Below are positions 38,499 through 47,711 of a DNA stretch of 55,190 bases, one piece after another. The notes under the pieces are model-generated. The model was not told the DNA's origin and ran no database searches. It saw only the letters and a list, made by a program, of their open reading frames with translations. How positions within the stretch are numbered: position 1 is the stretch's first letter; each line of letters starts with the position of its first letter. Position numbers and translations under genes: made by a program. Origin of the DNA: Methanospirillum sp. (GTDB lineage Archaea; Halobacteriota; Methanomicrobia; Methanomicrobiales; Methanospirillaceae); contig JBDKUZ010000007.1 in NCBI GenBank assembly GCA_039679395.1, positions 1-55,190 of the forward strand. The letters are read 5' to 3'.

Positions 38499-40088
38499 AT
38501 GAATCTACGAACACCGAACACCAACGAGGCCGTCGGGACCTCGAACCGGTCCCGCGACGTCTCGCCCACCTCGGGCATCTGCACGCGCTGCGTGGACGGA
38601 TGCCGCGGGGCCTGCGAGATCTGGCTCTCGTCCTTCCGCGGCCGCGAGGTTCTCTACCCCGGCCCCTTCGGCGAGATCACGGCCGGCTCGGACAAGCAGT
38701 TTCCCGTCGACTACTCGCACGTAAACATCCAGGGCTACGCGGTCGGCGCCCGGGGTCTGCCCGCGGGCGTCGAGCCGTCGCCCGACACCGCGGTCTTCTC
38801 CGAAGTCGATACCGGGACCGAGTACGGTTGGGACATCAAGGTCCCCATGCGCCTCCCGATCTTCACGGGCGCGCTCGGCTCGACCGAGATCGCGAGGGCG
38901 AACTGGGAGCACTTCGCCATCGGCGCGGCCATCTCGGGGATCACCCTGGTCTGCGGTGAGAACGTCGGCGGGATCGACCCCGGTCTCGTCCGCGACAGCA
39001 ACGGCAAGGTCACGAAGTCGCCGGAGATCGACCGGCGGATCGAGACCTACAGGAAGTTCTACGAGGGCTACGGCGAGATCCTCGTCCAGATGAACGTGGA
39101 GGACACCCGGCTTGGAACCGCGGAATATGTCGCCTCGAAACACAATCTGGACACAATCGAACTGAAATGGGGCCAGGGCGCCAAGTGCATCGGCGGCGAG
39201 ATCAAGGTCCGCGATATCGAGCGCGCCCGCGAGCTGAAGCGGCGCGGCTACATCGTCCTGCCCGACCCCACGGCCAGCGAGAACGAGAAGGCGTTCGCGG
39301 CCGGCAGCATCAAGGAGTTCGAGCGCCACTCGCGCCTCGGCTTCGTCTCGAAGGAGGGCTTCCTCGAGGAGATCGACCGGCTCCGGGACATCGGGTTCAA
39401 GCGGGTCACGCTCAAGACGGGCGCGTACTCCGCGCAGGAGCTCGCGATGGCCATCCGGTTCGGCTCGGAGGCGAAGATCGACCTCCTTACGATCGACGGC
39501 GCCTCGGGCGGCACGGGCATGAGCCCGTGGCCGATGATGAACGAGTGGGGCATCCCGACGTTCTACCTCCAGGCGCTCGCGATGCAGTACAGCGAACTGC
39601 TGACCAAGAAGGGCATGCGCGTACCCGACCTCGCGATCGGCGGCGGCTTCGGCGACGAAGCGAACGTCTTCAAGTCGCTCGCGATGGGCGCGCCGTACGT
39701 CAAGGCCGTCTGCATGGGCCGCGGGCTGATGATCCCCGGGTTCGTCGGGAAGAACATTGGCAAGTGGCTCGAAGCCGGCGATCTGCCCAAGGGCGTGGCG
39801 AAGTACGGCTCGACGGTGGAGGAGATCTTCGTCAGCTACGAAGCCCTCAAGGAGAAGTTCGGCGACCGTATGAACGAGATCCCGCTCGGCGCGGTCGGCA
39901 TCTACACCTACGCCCAGCGGTTCAAGACCGGGCTGCAGCAGCTGATGGCGGGCAGCCGGAACTTCTCGCTCAAGACAGTCTCGCGAAAGGACGTCTTCGC
40001 GCTCTCGGAAGAGGCCGCGAAGGTCTCGGGCCTGCCGTACGTGATGGACGCGTACAAGGACGAGGCGCTCGGCATTCTGCTGGACTGA
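38499..40088 (+). CDS. FMN-binding glutamate synthase family protein (GltB FMN-domain homolog) with N-terminal Cys cluster
   Basis: ORF 38499..40088. It reads CTRCVDGCRGAC, ELKWGQGAK, TIDGASGGTGMSPW, GGGF...LAMGA. This is the standalone GltS_FMN domain architecture common in archaea. Confidence 0.9.
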   Translation: MNLRTPNTNEAVGTSNRSRDVSPTSGICTRCVDGCRGACEIWLSSFRGREVLYPGPFGEITAGSDKQFPVDYSHVNIQGYAVGARGLPAGVEPSPDTAVFSEVDTGTEYGWDIKVPMRLPIFTGALGSTEIARANWEHFAIGAAISGITLVCGENVGGIDPGLVRDSNGKVTKSPEIDRRIETYRKFYEGYGEILVQMNVEDTRLGTAEYVASKHNLDTIELKWGQGAKCIGGEIKVRDIERARELKRRGYIVLPDPTASENEKAFAAGSIKEFERHSRLGFVSKEGFLEEIDRLRDIGFKRVTLKTGAYSAQELAMAIRFGSEAKIDLLTIDGASGGTGMSPWPMMNEWGIPTFYLQALAMQYSELLTKKGMRVPDLAIGGGFGDEANVFKSLAMGAPYVKAVCMGRGLMIPGFVGKNIGKWLEAGDLPKGVAKYGSTVEEIFVSYEALKEKFGDRMNEIPLGAVGIYTYAQRFKTGLQQLMAGSRNFSLKTVSRKDVFALSEEAAKVSGLPYVMDAYKDEALGILLD

Positions 40089-40102
40089 ACAATCCGAACC
40101 AC

Positions 40103-40108
40103 TTTTTT
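40103..40108 (+). terminator. oligo-T terminator for the glutamate-synthase-like gene
   Basis: A T6 run lies 15 nt after the stop at 40088. Archaeal termination commonly uses oligo-T tracts. Confidence 0.5.
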
Positions 40109-40139
40109 GCCGCAGGTTCGTCCCGAGCGGCGGCGCCGG

Positions 40140-40147
40140 AAAAAAAA
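40140..40147 (-). terminator. oligo-T terminator (T8 on minus strand) for the multicopper oxidase gene
   Basis: An A8 run on the plus strand lies 5 nt downstream (in the minus sense) of the TAA at 40153-40155. The arrangement with the neighbouring gene is convergent. Confidence 0.5.
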
Positions 40148-40152
40148 GAGGG

Positions 40153-42729
40153 TTACGCGGTCACTCTGTACGGCCGCATCATCTCGTTGTCCTCGTGGTC
40201 GAGGATGTGGCAGTGCCAGACGTACCCGGGCCCCTGCGTCGCATCGAAGAGGTACGACCCCGAGCCGTCGGTCGGGGCGAACCGGGCCCGGATGCGCGTG
40301 ACCTCGCCGGGGTTCATCTGGATCGTGTCCTTCCAGCCCGCCTCGTTCGCGTCGGGCGGCATCGGGTCGCCGGTCAAGAACGGCGTCGGGTCGAGGGTCC
40401 GCGGCTCCGACGTCCAGGGCGGCTGGCCGTCGCCCATCATCGCGAGGTCCGCGTTCAGCTTCGTCCAGTTGGACGCGTACGACTCCGTGTCCAGCGCCTG
40501 CCGGCTCACGAGCTGGAACTGGACCAGGTGCAGGTGGATCGGGTGCACGTCCATTGTCGGGTTGACGATCGCCCACTCCTCGGTCGAGCCGACCTTCGGG
40601 TCCTCGGTGATCGGCGCGGACCATTTCTGGCCGTTGAGCAAAAGCTCGAGCGGGCCGTTCGCGCCCGTGGACTCCCAGAGCACGAGCGTCCGGGTCAGAT
40701 CGGGCGTGAGCGTCGGGATCGCGTTGAGCGTCGCCGGCAGTGCCGCCGCAACGGCCCCCTTCGTCGCTGTCACGGTGAACTGCATGACCTGGCCGGTCGT
40801 CTCCTGGTTCGCCGGGTCGCCGGACGGGAACGGGGTCGGCGCCGAGTTGGTCAGCCGGACCTTCGTGCCCGCGGGCAGGCCCGAGAAGTCGACCAGGAAC
40901 ACCATGCGCTCGCCCGGCGCGATGGTCGTCTCGTTCATGGTGACTGCCTCCGGGAGGTAGCCGCCGTCGCTCATGACCTGGGTGAAGGGCAGGGCGGTCC
41001 CGTTCGTGCCCTGGACCTCGAGCCGCATGGTGTAGAACCGGGCGTTCGAGCCGTCGTAGACCTCGAAGCGGTACTGGCCGCGGTCCACGTCCAGGTTCGG
41101 CCAGACCTGGCCGTTGACCATGATCGTGTTGCCGAAGTTCTCGGGGTTCCAGTACGGGTGGATGTCGGGGTTGATCCCGTCGGCCGGGAACCAGAAGGAC
41201 CCGTTCGCCATGAACGTCCTGTCCTGGATGATCAGCGGCACCTCGTACTTGCCCGAGGGGAGGAGCTTCTCGATCGGATCGGCCGGGTCCTTGATCAGGT
41301 ACCCGCCGGCCAGGCCCGAGGCCACATTCAGCCGGGTAATCCCGAGCGCGTGGTCGTGGTACCAGAGCGGCGCGGCCTGCTGCTCGTTCGGGTACCGGTA
41401 GACCGCGCTGTTGTTGCCGGCATCCGAAAGCGAGTCGTACGCCTTTCCGCGCAGGCCGTTCCAGGTCCACCAGGCCTCGGGGTTGCCATCGAACTGCGAC
41501 GGCACCTCGCCGCCGTGGAGGTGCGGGACGAGCGGGACCGGGTACTGGGCCTCGGGGTAGCCGGGCGGGAAGGGCTCGAAGGTCCGATTCATCGCCATCT
41601 CGCCCGAGTGGGGCATGCCGCCCATGCCGAGGCCGTTCGGGTCGGCCCAGTGGATGGTCGGGTCGACCGGGAGGCGGTTCGGCCTGGTGATGTTGTTCGT
41701 CCAGGTCACGACGCTCGGGATCCCGCGGGTCACGACGAAGGCCGCGCTCGGGCTGTAGTAGAAGTTCGCGGTCTTCTCCCCGGTGACGAGGTCGGTCACG
41801 TTGCCGCCGTAGCCCCACATCGTGGTCTTCGGCATGCCCGGCGGGAGCACCTGCTGCTCGAACTCGGCCATGGTGATGTGGTAGGCGTGGGCCGTGCCGT
41901 TGCCCGAGGGATCGTCGATGACCGTCGGGACGTAGATCTTCTGCGTCTCGAGCTGGTTGACATACTTCGGGATCGTCATCGGGTCGAGCAGCTCGGGGGC
42001 GGTGCCGTTCGAGGTCGGCGTCGGGGTGACGTTCCCCGTGGGCGTGGGGGTCGGGGAGGCGGCGAGAGCGAAGGTCACGAGGTCGAGGTTCTGGGCGTCG
42101 CGGTAGAACTCGAGCCGGAGGGTGTGCCGGCCGGCGGGCAGGGCGACCGAGGCCGTCGCGTTTTCGTATATGTCGAAGGAGCCCGTGCTCGGGACCTTCG
42201 CCTGCGCCTTAAGGACGCCGTCGACCCAGACCCAGATCTCGCGATCGTCCCAGGGGCTCGACGCGCGGAAGGTCGCGGCGTACGTCCCGGACTCGGCGAC
42301 ATCGATCGCGTAGTCGAGCCACTCGGAGGACTTGACGTACGCGACGGCGAAGCCGCTCGCGCCGGTCTCGATGTCGACGTCGTCGTGGCGATACGCGCCG
42401 CCCTCGTTGCCGGGGGTGCGGTCGTACCAGCCGAAGCCCTGGCCGCCCACGTTATAGTCCTCGGCCTGGATGGTGCCGGGGACGGCAGCGGCCGCACCGG
42501 GGGTCGCCGTGGTCGGGGCCGGGGACGCGACGGAGCTCTCCCCCATCCCGCCGGACGAGGGGGGCATGGTCATGGTCGCGGCGGCGTGCAGCGCGGCCCC
42601 GATGGGGTCGGCTGCGGCCGCCTGCGCCTCGGCGAGCGTGGTCCTGGCGAGGGTCGGCGCCGCGAGGACCGAGATCAGGATGACGACCAAGACGAGGGCC
42701 GCCACCAGCTTTTGGCATCCGGGTTGCAT
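40153..42729 (-). CDS. secreted CBM6-like carbohydrate-binding module fused to a three-domain multicopper oxidase (CotA/bilirubin-oxidase type)
   Basis: ORF 40153..42729. It has a signal peptide (LVAALVLVVILISVLAAPTLA). The CBM6-like module reads IQAEDYNVGGQGFGWYD...RLEFYRDAQNLDLVTF. All four copper motifs are present: HLHGG, WYHDHA, HPIHLHLVQFQ, HCHILDHEDNEMM. Confidence 0.9.
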   Translation of the reverse strand: MQPGCQKLVAALVLVVILISVLAAPTLARTTLAEAQAAAADPIGAALHAAATMTMPPSSGGMGESSVASPAPTTATPGAAAAVPGTIQAEDYNVGGQGFGWYDRTPGNEGGAYRHDDVDIETGASGFAVAYVKSSEWLDYAIDVAESGTYAATFRASSPWDDREIWVWVDGVLKAQAKVPSTGSFDIYENATASVALPAGRHTLRLEFYRDAQNLDLVTFALAASPTPTPTGNVTPTPTSNGTAPELLDPMTIPKYVNQLETQKIYVPTVIDDPSGNGTAHAYHITMAEFEQQVLPPGMPKTTMWGYGGNVTDLVTGEKTANFYYSPSAAFVVTRGIPSVVTWTNNITRPNRLPVDPTIHWADPNGLGMGGMPHSGEMAMNRTFEPFPPGYPEAQYPVPLVPHLHGGEVPSQFDGNPEAWWTWNGLRGKAYDSLSDAGNNSAVYRYPNEQQAAPLWYHDHALGITRLNVASGLAGGYLIKDPADPIEKLLPSGKYEVPLIIQDRTFMANGSFWFPADGINPDIHPYWNPENFGNTIMVNGQVWPNLDVDRGQYRFEVYDGSNARFYTMRLEVQGTNGTALPFTQVMSDGGYLPEAVTMNETTIAPGERMVFLVDFSGLPAGTKVRLTNSAPTPFPSGDPANQETTGQVMQFTVTATKGAVAAALPATLNAIPTLTPDLTRTLVLWESTGANGPLELLLNGQKWSAPITEDPKVGSTEEWAIVNPTMDVHPIHLHLVQFQLVSRQALDTESYASNWTKLNADLAMMGDGQPPWTSEPRTLDPTPFLTGDPMPPDANEAGWKDTIQMNPGEVTRIRARFAPTDGSGSYLFDATQGPGYVWHCHILDHEDNEMMRPYRVTA

Positions 42730-42928
42730 ACGATCGCTCCGTCATCCGGCTCCGGCCGCTCCCCGGCAGGGGCCATGAAGGCATCTGCCTCTGTAGCAGG
42801 ATTCGTATTTAATGGTTATTGCAGACGGTCGCAACAGTGGTGCCGCGGCACAGGGAAACGGGGTCGGCGCGCGGAAACCCGACGGCTGGAATGGGAAAAA
42901 TCGGGCGGGGCGGGGCCCCGTGACGGTC

Positions 42929-43393
42929 TTACGAGCCCGCGATCAGTTCCTCGACGATCCCGCGGCCGGCCGGGTCGTCGGCGAAGGCAGCCTCGACCTG
43001 GCCACGCCCCTCGGACCCGCCGATGGCGGCGAGGGCCGCGCCGGCCATCCAGCGGCAGCACTCGTTCCGGCCGATCAGGTTCTCGGTCAGGGCTGGGACG
43101 GCCCGCTGGTCGCCGACGTGCTCGAGGGCCCAGATGGCCGGGACGCGGACCAGGTAATCGGCGTCGCGGGCGCCGATGACCAGGGCGTCGACGGCCGGCA
43201 CGCCGATCCGCTCGAGGGCGACGGCGGCCCGCCAGCGCGTCTCCCGGTTCGCGGCCCGCAGCAGGGGCGCGACGGCGAGCACGGCGCCCTCGCCGTGCGC
43301 GGCGATGGCCTCGGCCGCGTCGAGCATCTCGTACGTCGTTCCGTTCACGAGCCTGGAAACGAGCTCGCTGACAGTCTGGTTCTTCTCCTCCAT
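42929..43393 (-). CDS. HEAT-repeat (PBS-lyase-type) protein
   Basis: This is the internal start MEEKNQTVSELV of track ORF 42929..43807. It has repeated RWRAAVALERIG / VRVPAIWALEHVGD / CCRWMAGAALAAIGG helix pairs. Confidence 0.8.
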   Translation of the reverse strand: MEEKNQTVSELVSRLVNGTTYEMLDAAEAIAAHGEGAVLAVAPLLRAANRETRWRAAVALERIGVPAVDALVIGARDADYLVRVPAIWALEHVGDQRAVPALTENLIGRNECCRWMAGAALAAIGGSEGRGQVEAAFADDPAGRGIVEELIAGS

Positions 43394-43544
43394 TGCTCTC
43401 CTCTCCTCTGCCGAATCTCTCGACACCTCCACCTCTCCCGGTGAATATAATAGAAATTTGCACCACGACGTTGCACGGCAATAACGACGGGCAACCGGGC
43501 GGGTTGTTCTGAGGAGAGCGGTGAAAGGCGGGACGCGGTCCCGG

Positions 43545-44282
43545 TCACGCCCTCCGATAGCGGAGGATGGTGCACCCGGTCTCCTCGCACGCCTCGGGGC
43601 AGGCGGGGAGCTCGATCGACTCGCCGGGCGCCCGTTCGGCCAGCCGCCGCCCCATCTCGTTCGTCCAGGGGCACCCCGTCGAGCAGTCGGCGGGCGTGGC
43701 GGCCGGCTCGAGCAGGATCTCCCCCATCTCCAGCCATCGCTTTCGGATCTCCGCGGGCTCAATCCCCGCGAGCGAGAGGCACTGGAAGCCGAAGAAGAGG
43801 GATACAAGGGAGAACGCGAGCGTGTACGGATCGGCGTCGCCCCGGACGAGCCCCTGCCGCTGCTGGGCCGCGATCCCGTGCGCGGCCATCTCGTACCCGA
43901 TCCGGATGTTCTCCGACAGGTACGCTCCCACCGCGGGATGACGGCCGATCATGGCCACGATCTCGAGAATCAGCGAGTCCTGGCTCTCGTCCATCGCGAG
44001 CTGCAGGTCGAGCATGGACGTCCAGCCCTCGAGCGGCGTCGCGTTCGGGAAACTCCGCTCGGCCTGACGGCGGACCAGCGCCGGGATCATCTTCACGATC
44101 TCGGCGACAAGGTCGTCCTTGTTTTTGAAGTAGAGGTAGAGCGCGCTCTTGGTCACCCCGACCTCGCCCGCGATCTCGTCCATGGTCGTGGCGCAGTATC
44201 CCTTTCTGCGCATGACGTCCCAGCCGGCGGCGATGATCTTCTTCCGGGCCTCCTCCTTGTATTCCGGTACGACTTTGGGCAT
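43545..44282 (-). CDS. TetR/AcrR-family regulator with an extra ~45-aa Cys-rich C-terminal tail
   Basis: This is the internal start MPKVVPEYKEEARKKII of track ORF 43545..44939. The HTH is TTMDEIAGEVGVTKSALYLYFKNKDDL. The tail is ADCSTGCPW....LPACPEACEETGC (6 Cys). Confidence 0.85.
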   Translation of the reverse strand: MPKVVPEYKEEARKKIIAAGWDVMRRKGYCATTMDEIAGEVGVTKSALYLYFKNKDDLVAEIVKMIPALVRRQAERSFPNATPLEGWTSMLDLQLAMDESQDSLILEIVAMIGRHPAVGAYLSENIRIGYEMAAHGIAAQQRQGLVRGDADPYTLAFSLVSLFFGFQCLSLAGIEPAEIRKRWLEMGEILLEPAATPADCSTGCPWTNEMGRRLAERAPGESIELPACPEACEETGCTILRYRRA

Positions 44283-44396
44283 CCTGCCGGGAGGGTAGGG
44301 CGCCCGTCGTAATAAAGGAGACCATTGGGTAAAATAAATGAACGATCGGTAAGTTTTTTTAATCTCGACGACGAAGAATGATCGGAGAACGATTCC

Positions 44397-44795
44397 ATGG
44401 TCGAACTGACTCAGGAGATCGCAACATCGCTCGCGGAGGCGAAGACCGCGTTCCTCGCCACCTCGTCGAAGGACGGCAATCCGAACGTAGTCCCGATCGC
44501 GGCGTACACGGTGCTGGAGGACGGGAGCCTGCTCATCTCGGACCAGTACTTCAACAAGACGCTCGCGAACATGCAGGAGAACCCGCGAATCGCCCTGTCC
44601 TGGTGGGGGGCCAAGGGTGGGTTCCAGATCAAGGGCACGGTCACGCTCCACGCGGACGACGAGGTCTTCGCGCGAAACGTAGCCTGGATGAAGGAGCGCT
44701 GGCCGAAGTTCGTGCCCAAATCCGCGGTGCTCGTGACAGTCACCGACGTCTACATCGTCAAGCCGGACCCCGAGCCCGGGAAGAAGATCCTGTGA
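44397..44795 (+). CDS. pyridoxamine 5'-phosphate oxidase-like FMN-binding split-barrel protein
   Basis: ORF 44397..44795. It reads AFLATSSKDGNPNVVPIA....LISDQYFNKTLANMQENPRIALS...GFQIKGT. Confidence 0.85.
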   Translation: MVELTQEIATSLAEAKTAFLATSSKDGNPNVVPIAAYTVLEDGSLLISDQYFNKTLANMQENPRIALSWWGAKGGFQIKGTVTLHADDEVFARNVAWMKERWPKFVPKSAVLVTVTDVYIVKPDPEPGKKIL

Positions 44796-44835
44796 CCGCC
44801 GGCAGTCGTCGAACAGAGACCAGAGGCAAAGAACC

Positions 44836-45438
44836 ATGAGAGACCTGAACGTCGTCGCGATCAACGGCAGCCCCCGGAAGGACGGCAACACGGCGGTGCT
44901 GCTCCGGCGGATCCTCGACGCACTCGAGAGCGAGGACATCGCGACGGAGCTCGTCCAGATCGGCGGGCGGACCGTTCGCGGGTGCCGGGACTGCCGGCGC
45001 TGCTTCGAGAACCGGGATCGGCGGTGCGCTCATGGCGACGACATCGTCAACGACTGCATCGAGAAGATGATCGGGGCCGACGGGATCGTCCTCGGCTCGC
45101 CGGTCTACTTCCTCGACGTGACCGCCGAGATGAAGGCGCTAATCGACCGGGCGGGGCTCGTCTCACGCGCGAACGGCGGGCTCTTCGGGCGCAAGGCGGC
45201 GACGGCCGTGGCGGCCGTGCGGCGCTCCGGCGCGAACCACGCGATCGATACCATGCTCCACTTCCTGCTCTACAGCGGCATGACCGTCTCCGGCGCCCCC
45301 GCGATCGGGGTGGGCAAGGAGGTCGGCGACGTCCTCGCGGACGAGGAGGGCCTGGCGCGGGCGAGCGCGGCGAGACGGGAGCTGGCCTGGCTGCTGCGGG
45401 CGACCGCGTCCGCGGACCGCGCGGAGGAGAGCACATGA
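44836..45438 (+). CDS. iron-sulfur flavoprotein (Isf-type NADPH-dependent FMN reductase fold)
   Basis: ORF 44836..45438. It reads INGSPRKDGNT, the compact cluster motif CRDCRRCFENRDRRC (CxxCxxCx7C), and IVLGSPVYF. Confidence 0.85.
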   Translation: MRDLNVVAINGSPRKDGNTAVLLRRILDALESEDIATELVQIGGRTVRGCRDCRRCFENRDRRCAHGDDIVNDCIEKMIGADGIVLGSPVYFLDVTAEMKALIDRAGLVSRANGGLFGRKAATAVAAVRRSGANHAIDTMLHFLLYSGMTVSGAPAIGVGKEVGDVLADEEGLARASAARRELAWLLRATASADRAEEST

Positions 45439-46235
45439 AGATACACACTGTGAAACTGGTCTGCTTCTCGCCCACCGGGACCTCGAAGGCTGTGGTCCGG
45501 GCGATCGCGGAGGGGATCGGCCACGACCGCACGGACCTCCTCGATATCACCGCGCCGGAGGCGCGGGAGCGGCCGCTACGGGCCGCGGCGGACGAACTGC
45601 TCGTGGTTGCCGTGCCGGTCTACATGGGCCGGGTGCCGGCGGTCCTCGACGACTGGCTGGCGGCGGTCGAGGCGGCGGGCACGCCGACGGTCTGTGTCGC
45701 GGTCTACGGGAACCGCGTGTACGAGGACGCGCTCCTGGAGCTGCGGGACCGCCTGGCCGCGGCCGGCTGCCGGCCGATCGCGGGCGCGGCGTATATCGGG
45801 GAGCATTCGTTCTCCCGCGCCGGGACGCCGACGGCCGCAGGCCGGCCCGACGCGGGCGACCTTGCCCACGCGGAGTCGTTCGGGCGGGCGATCCGGGAGA
45901 AGCTGCTGGCGGCACCGTCGGCGGACGCGATCCCGGAGGCCGCGCTCCCGGGCTGCCGCCCGTACCGCGGCGACCCGACGCTCTGGCTGGTCGACTTCAT
46001 CGAGGTCGGCGACGGCTGCACGCACTGCGGCGTCTGCGCGGCGGTCTGCCCGGTCGGGGCGATCGACCCCGACGACAGCGCCCGGGTCGAGACGGCGCGG
46101 TGCATCACCTGCTGTGCCTGCATCAAGCGCTGCCCCGCGGGGGCCCGGACGATGAAGCCCGGCCTCGTCATGGACGCGTCGGTCCGGCTCCACACGCTGT
46201 ACGGCGAACGGAAGGAGCCGGAGATCTTCCTCTGA
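45435..46235 (+). CDS. flavodoxin-like domain fused to a 2x[4Fe-4S] ferredoxin domain
   Basis: This is the internal start MKIHTVKLVCFSPTGTSK of track ORF 44982..46235. It has an ATGA overlap with the Isf gene. The C-terminus reads CTHCGVCAAVCPVGAI ... CITCCACIKRCP. Confidence 0.8.
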   Translation: MKIHTVKLVCFSPTGTSKAVVRAIAEGIGHDRTDLLDITAPEARERPLRAAADELLVVAVPVYMGRVPAVLDDWLAAVEAAGTPTVCVAVYGNRVYEDALLELRDRLAAAGCRPIAGAAYIGEHSFSRAGTPTAAGRPDAGDLAHAESFGRAIREKLLAAPSADAIPEAALPGCRPYRGDPTLWLVDFIEVGDGCTHCGVCAAVCPVGAIDPDDSARVETARCITCCACIKRCPAGARTMKPGLVMDASVRLHTLYGERKEPEIFL

Positions 46236-46748
46236 CCGGGCCGGCCCCGGCCATTCTCTTCTTTCGTCCCGGCGGCGGGCCGTCATCGCGCCGTTCCGAC
46301 GGGACCGTCGGCGGGCGATTCGCTGCCGGCGACACGATCCCGTTCAGAGAGATGTGCGAAAAGACCGAGCCCGCGATGGAGCGATCTCGAACGCGGCCGG
46401 CGCCTTCAGGACCGGCGGCGGATTTCCGTTCGGATACAGGAGACGCGGGCGGCGAGCCCCGCCCGTCTCCCCGCCCGGCACGCACCGGGCCTCCCCAGAA
46501 ATTGTTCTCTCACCGGACGTCCGCGCCGGGCCGGGCCGCCCTCACGCCCCGGTACGGCCGGACCCCGAGCCGTCGCAGGATTCCGACGATGAGGAACCCC
46601 ACGACGGAGCCGATCCCGAGCAGGGGATCCATTCACGCGAGCGCCGGGACGGCGTCCGCCCATCGCTCTCGATCCGGTGCTCGAAGGTCGCGCCGGCCCC
46701 CCGGGAGCTCTGCCCGGCCGAACGCCCGGAAGAGGCGGGTGCGGAGGG

Positions 46749-47711
46749 CTATCTCAGTCCGGCGGCCCACCGCGCGGCGGGATACCACCGGATGAACGAG
46801 CCGCTCGACGGCGGTGCGATCCCGAACGAGATACGGCCGGGCCTGAGGACCGTGCCGTTGACCATGACCGTCTGCGATCCCGGCCCGGCGGTCACGTTCC
46901 CCGCCCCGAACCGGCCGGCCAGGAACGTCCCGGGCTTCCCGATCGCGTACCGCTTCCCTCCCGGCGTCGGCTTCACACCCGGGGCGATCGTCCACGAGGT
47001 CCCGATCGGGCTCACGGGAGCGACGAGGGGCAGCAGCAACGGGCGCGGGGTCCCCGTGGGAAGGGGGGCGATCAGCGGCGGCCGGGGGATGGGCAGCGTC
47101 GTCGGCACCGTCGTCGGCAGTGTCGTCTGCCCCGGCGCGAGCGTCCGGATCGTCGTCGGGTACGGCGCGATCGGGCCATACGGGCCGTAGGGCGCGCCGC
47201 CCGCCGGCGGCGTGGTGATGTAGGGCGTCGGGAGGGTCGAGCCGGGCGCGTATCCCGGCAGTGTGACCATCGTGACCAGCGGCCTCGTCGTCACGGGCGT
47301 CGGGGGAGGGGTCGGCGCGCCCAGGACGAAACCCCGGGAGTCGGCGATCCTGGTGCCCGTGGCGTTCCGGAGCGTCACGACGTCGTCGCTGCTCGAAGTC
47401 ACCGCGTGATCGGGGCCGCCGCTCCAGTACAGGTCGGTCGCCGAGTTCGTGCCGCGGCCGGAACGGACCGCGACGTACTTCCCGGAACCGAGCGTGAAGC
47501 CCGGGAAGGTGTACGTGGCCGTGGTCCGTTCGTCCGTGAGCGTCCAGCCCGTCATGTCGACGGGGTCCAGGCCGATGTTCACGATGGTGACGATCTCGTT
47601 CGGGACGCTGATGTGCGCTATCCCGACGAGGCCGGCGGCCGGGGCGGCCAGCAGGAGGAGGGCGACGCCGATCAGGGGGATCGCGAGCGGTCTCATGCAG
47701 TGGATCATCAT
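46749..47711 (-). CDS. secreted lamin-tail-domain (LTD) protein with long Pro/Thr-rich C-terminal region
   Basis: This is the internal start MMIHCMRPLAIPLIGVALLLLAAPAAG of ORF 46749..47927 (47696 is also possible). The LTD signature reads NEIVTIVNIGLDPVDMTGWTLTD...YTFPGFTLGSGKYVAV...DDVVTLRNATGTRIAD. Confidence 0.75.
   Translation of the reverse strand: MMIHCMRPLAIPLIGVALLLLAAPAAGLVGIAHISVPNEIVTIVNIGLDPVDMTGWTLTDERTTATYTFPGFTLGSGKYVAVRSGRGTNSATDLYWSGGPDHAVTSSSDDVVTLRNATGTRIADSRGFVLGAPTPPPTPVTTRPLVTMVTLPGYAPGSTLPTPYITTPPAGGAPYGPYGPIAPYPTTIRTLAPGQTTLPTTVPTTLPIPRPPLIAPLPTGTPRPLLLPLVAPVSPIGTSWTIAPGVKPTPGGKRYAIGKPGTFLAGRFGAGNVTAGPGSQTVMVNGTVLRPGRISFGIAPPSSGSFIRWYPAARWAAGLR

Noticed and set aside
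43378-43394. Apparent extra T in the run ggtttcttc near the HEAT-repeat gene start, which would imply a frameshift.
   Set aside because: My hand count of the printed line disagreed by 1 nt with the ORF track. The track reads straight through (..RRAMEEKNQTV..), and downstream coordinates stay in register. I attribute this to my own counting error and used ORF-track arithmetic (start 43393).
46236-46748. Several G/R/P-rich ORFs (46100..46795, 46168..46485, 46354..47190, 46406..46663) and a 40-aa hydrophobic minus-strand mini-ORF (46510..46632, MDPLLGIGSVVGFLIVGILRRLG...).
   Set aside because: The long ORFs are compositional artefacts. The mini-ORF is plausible as a small membrane protein downstream of the LTD gene, but it has no RBS or homology support, so it is not listed as a feature.
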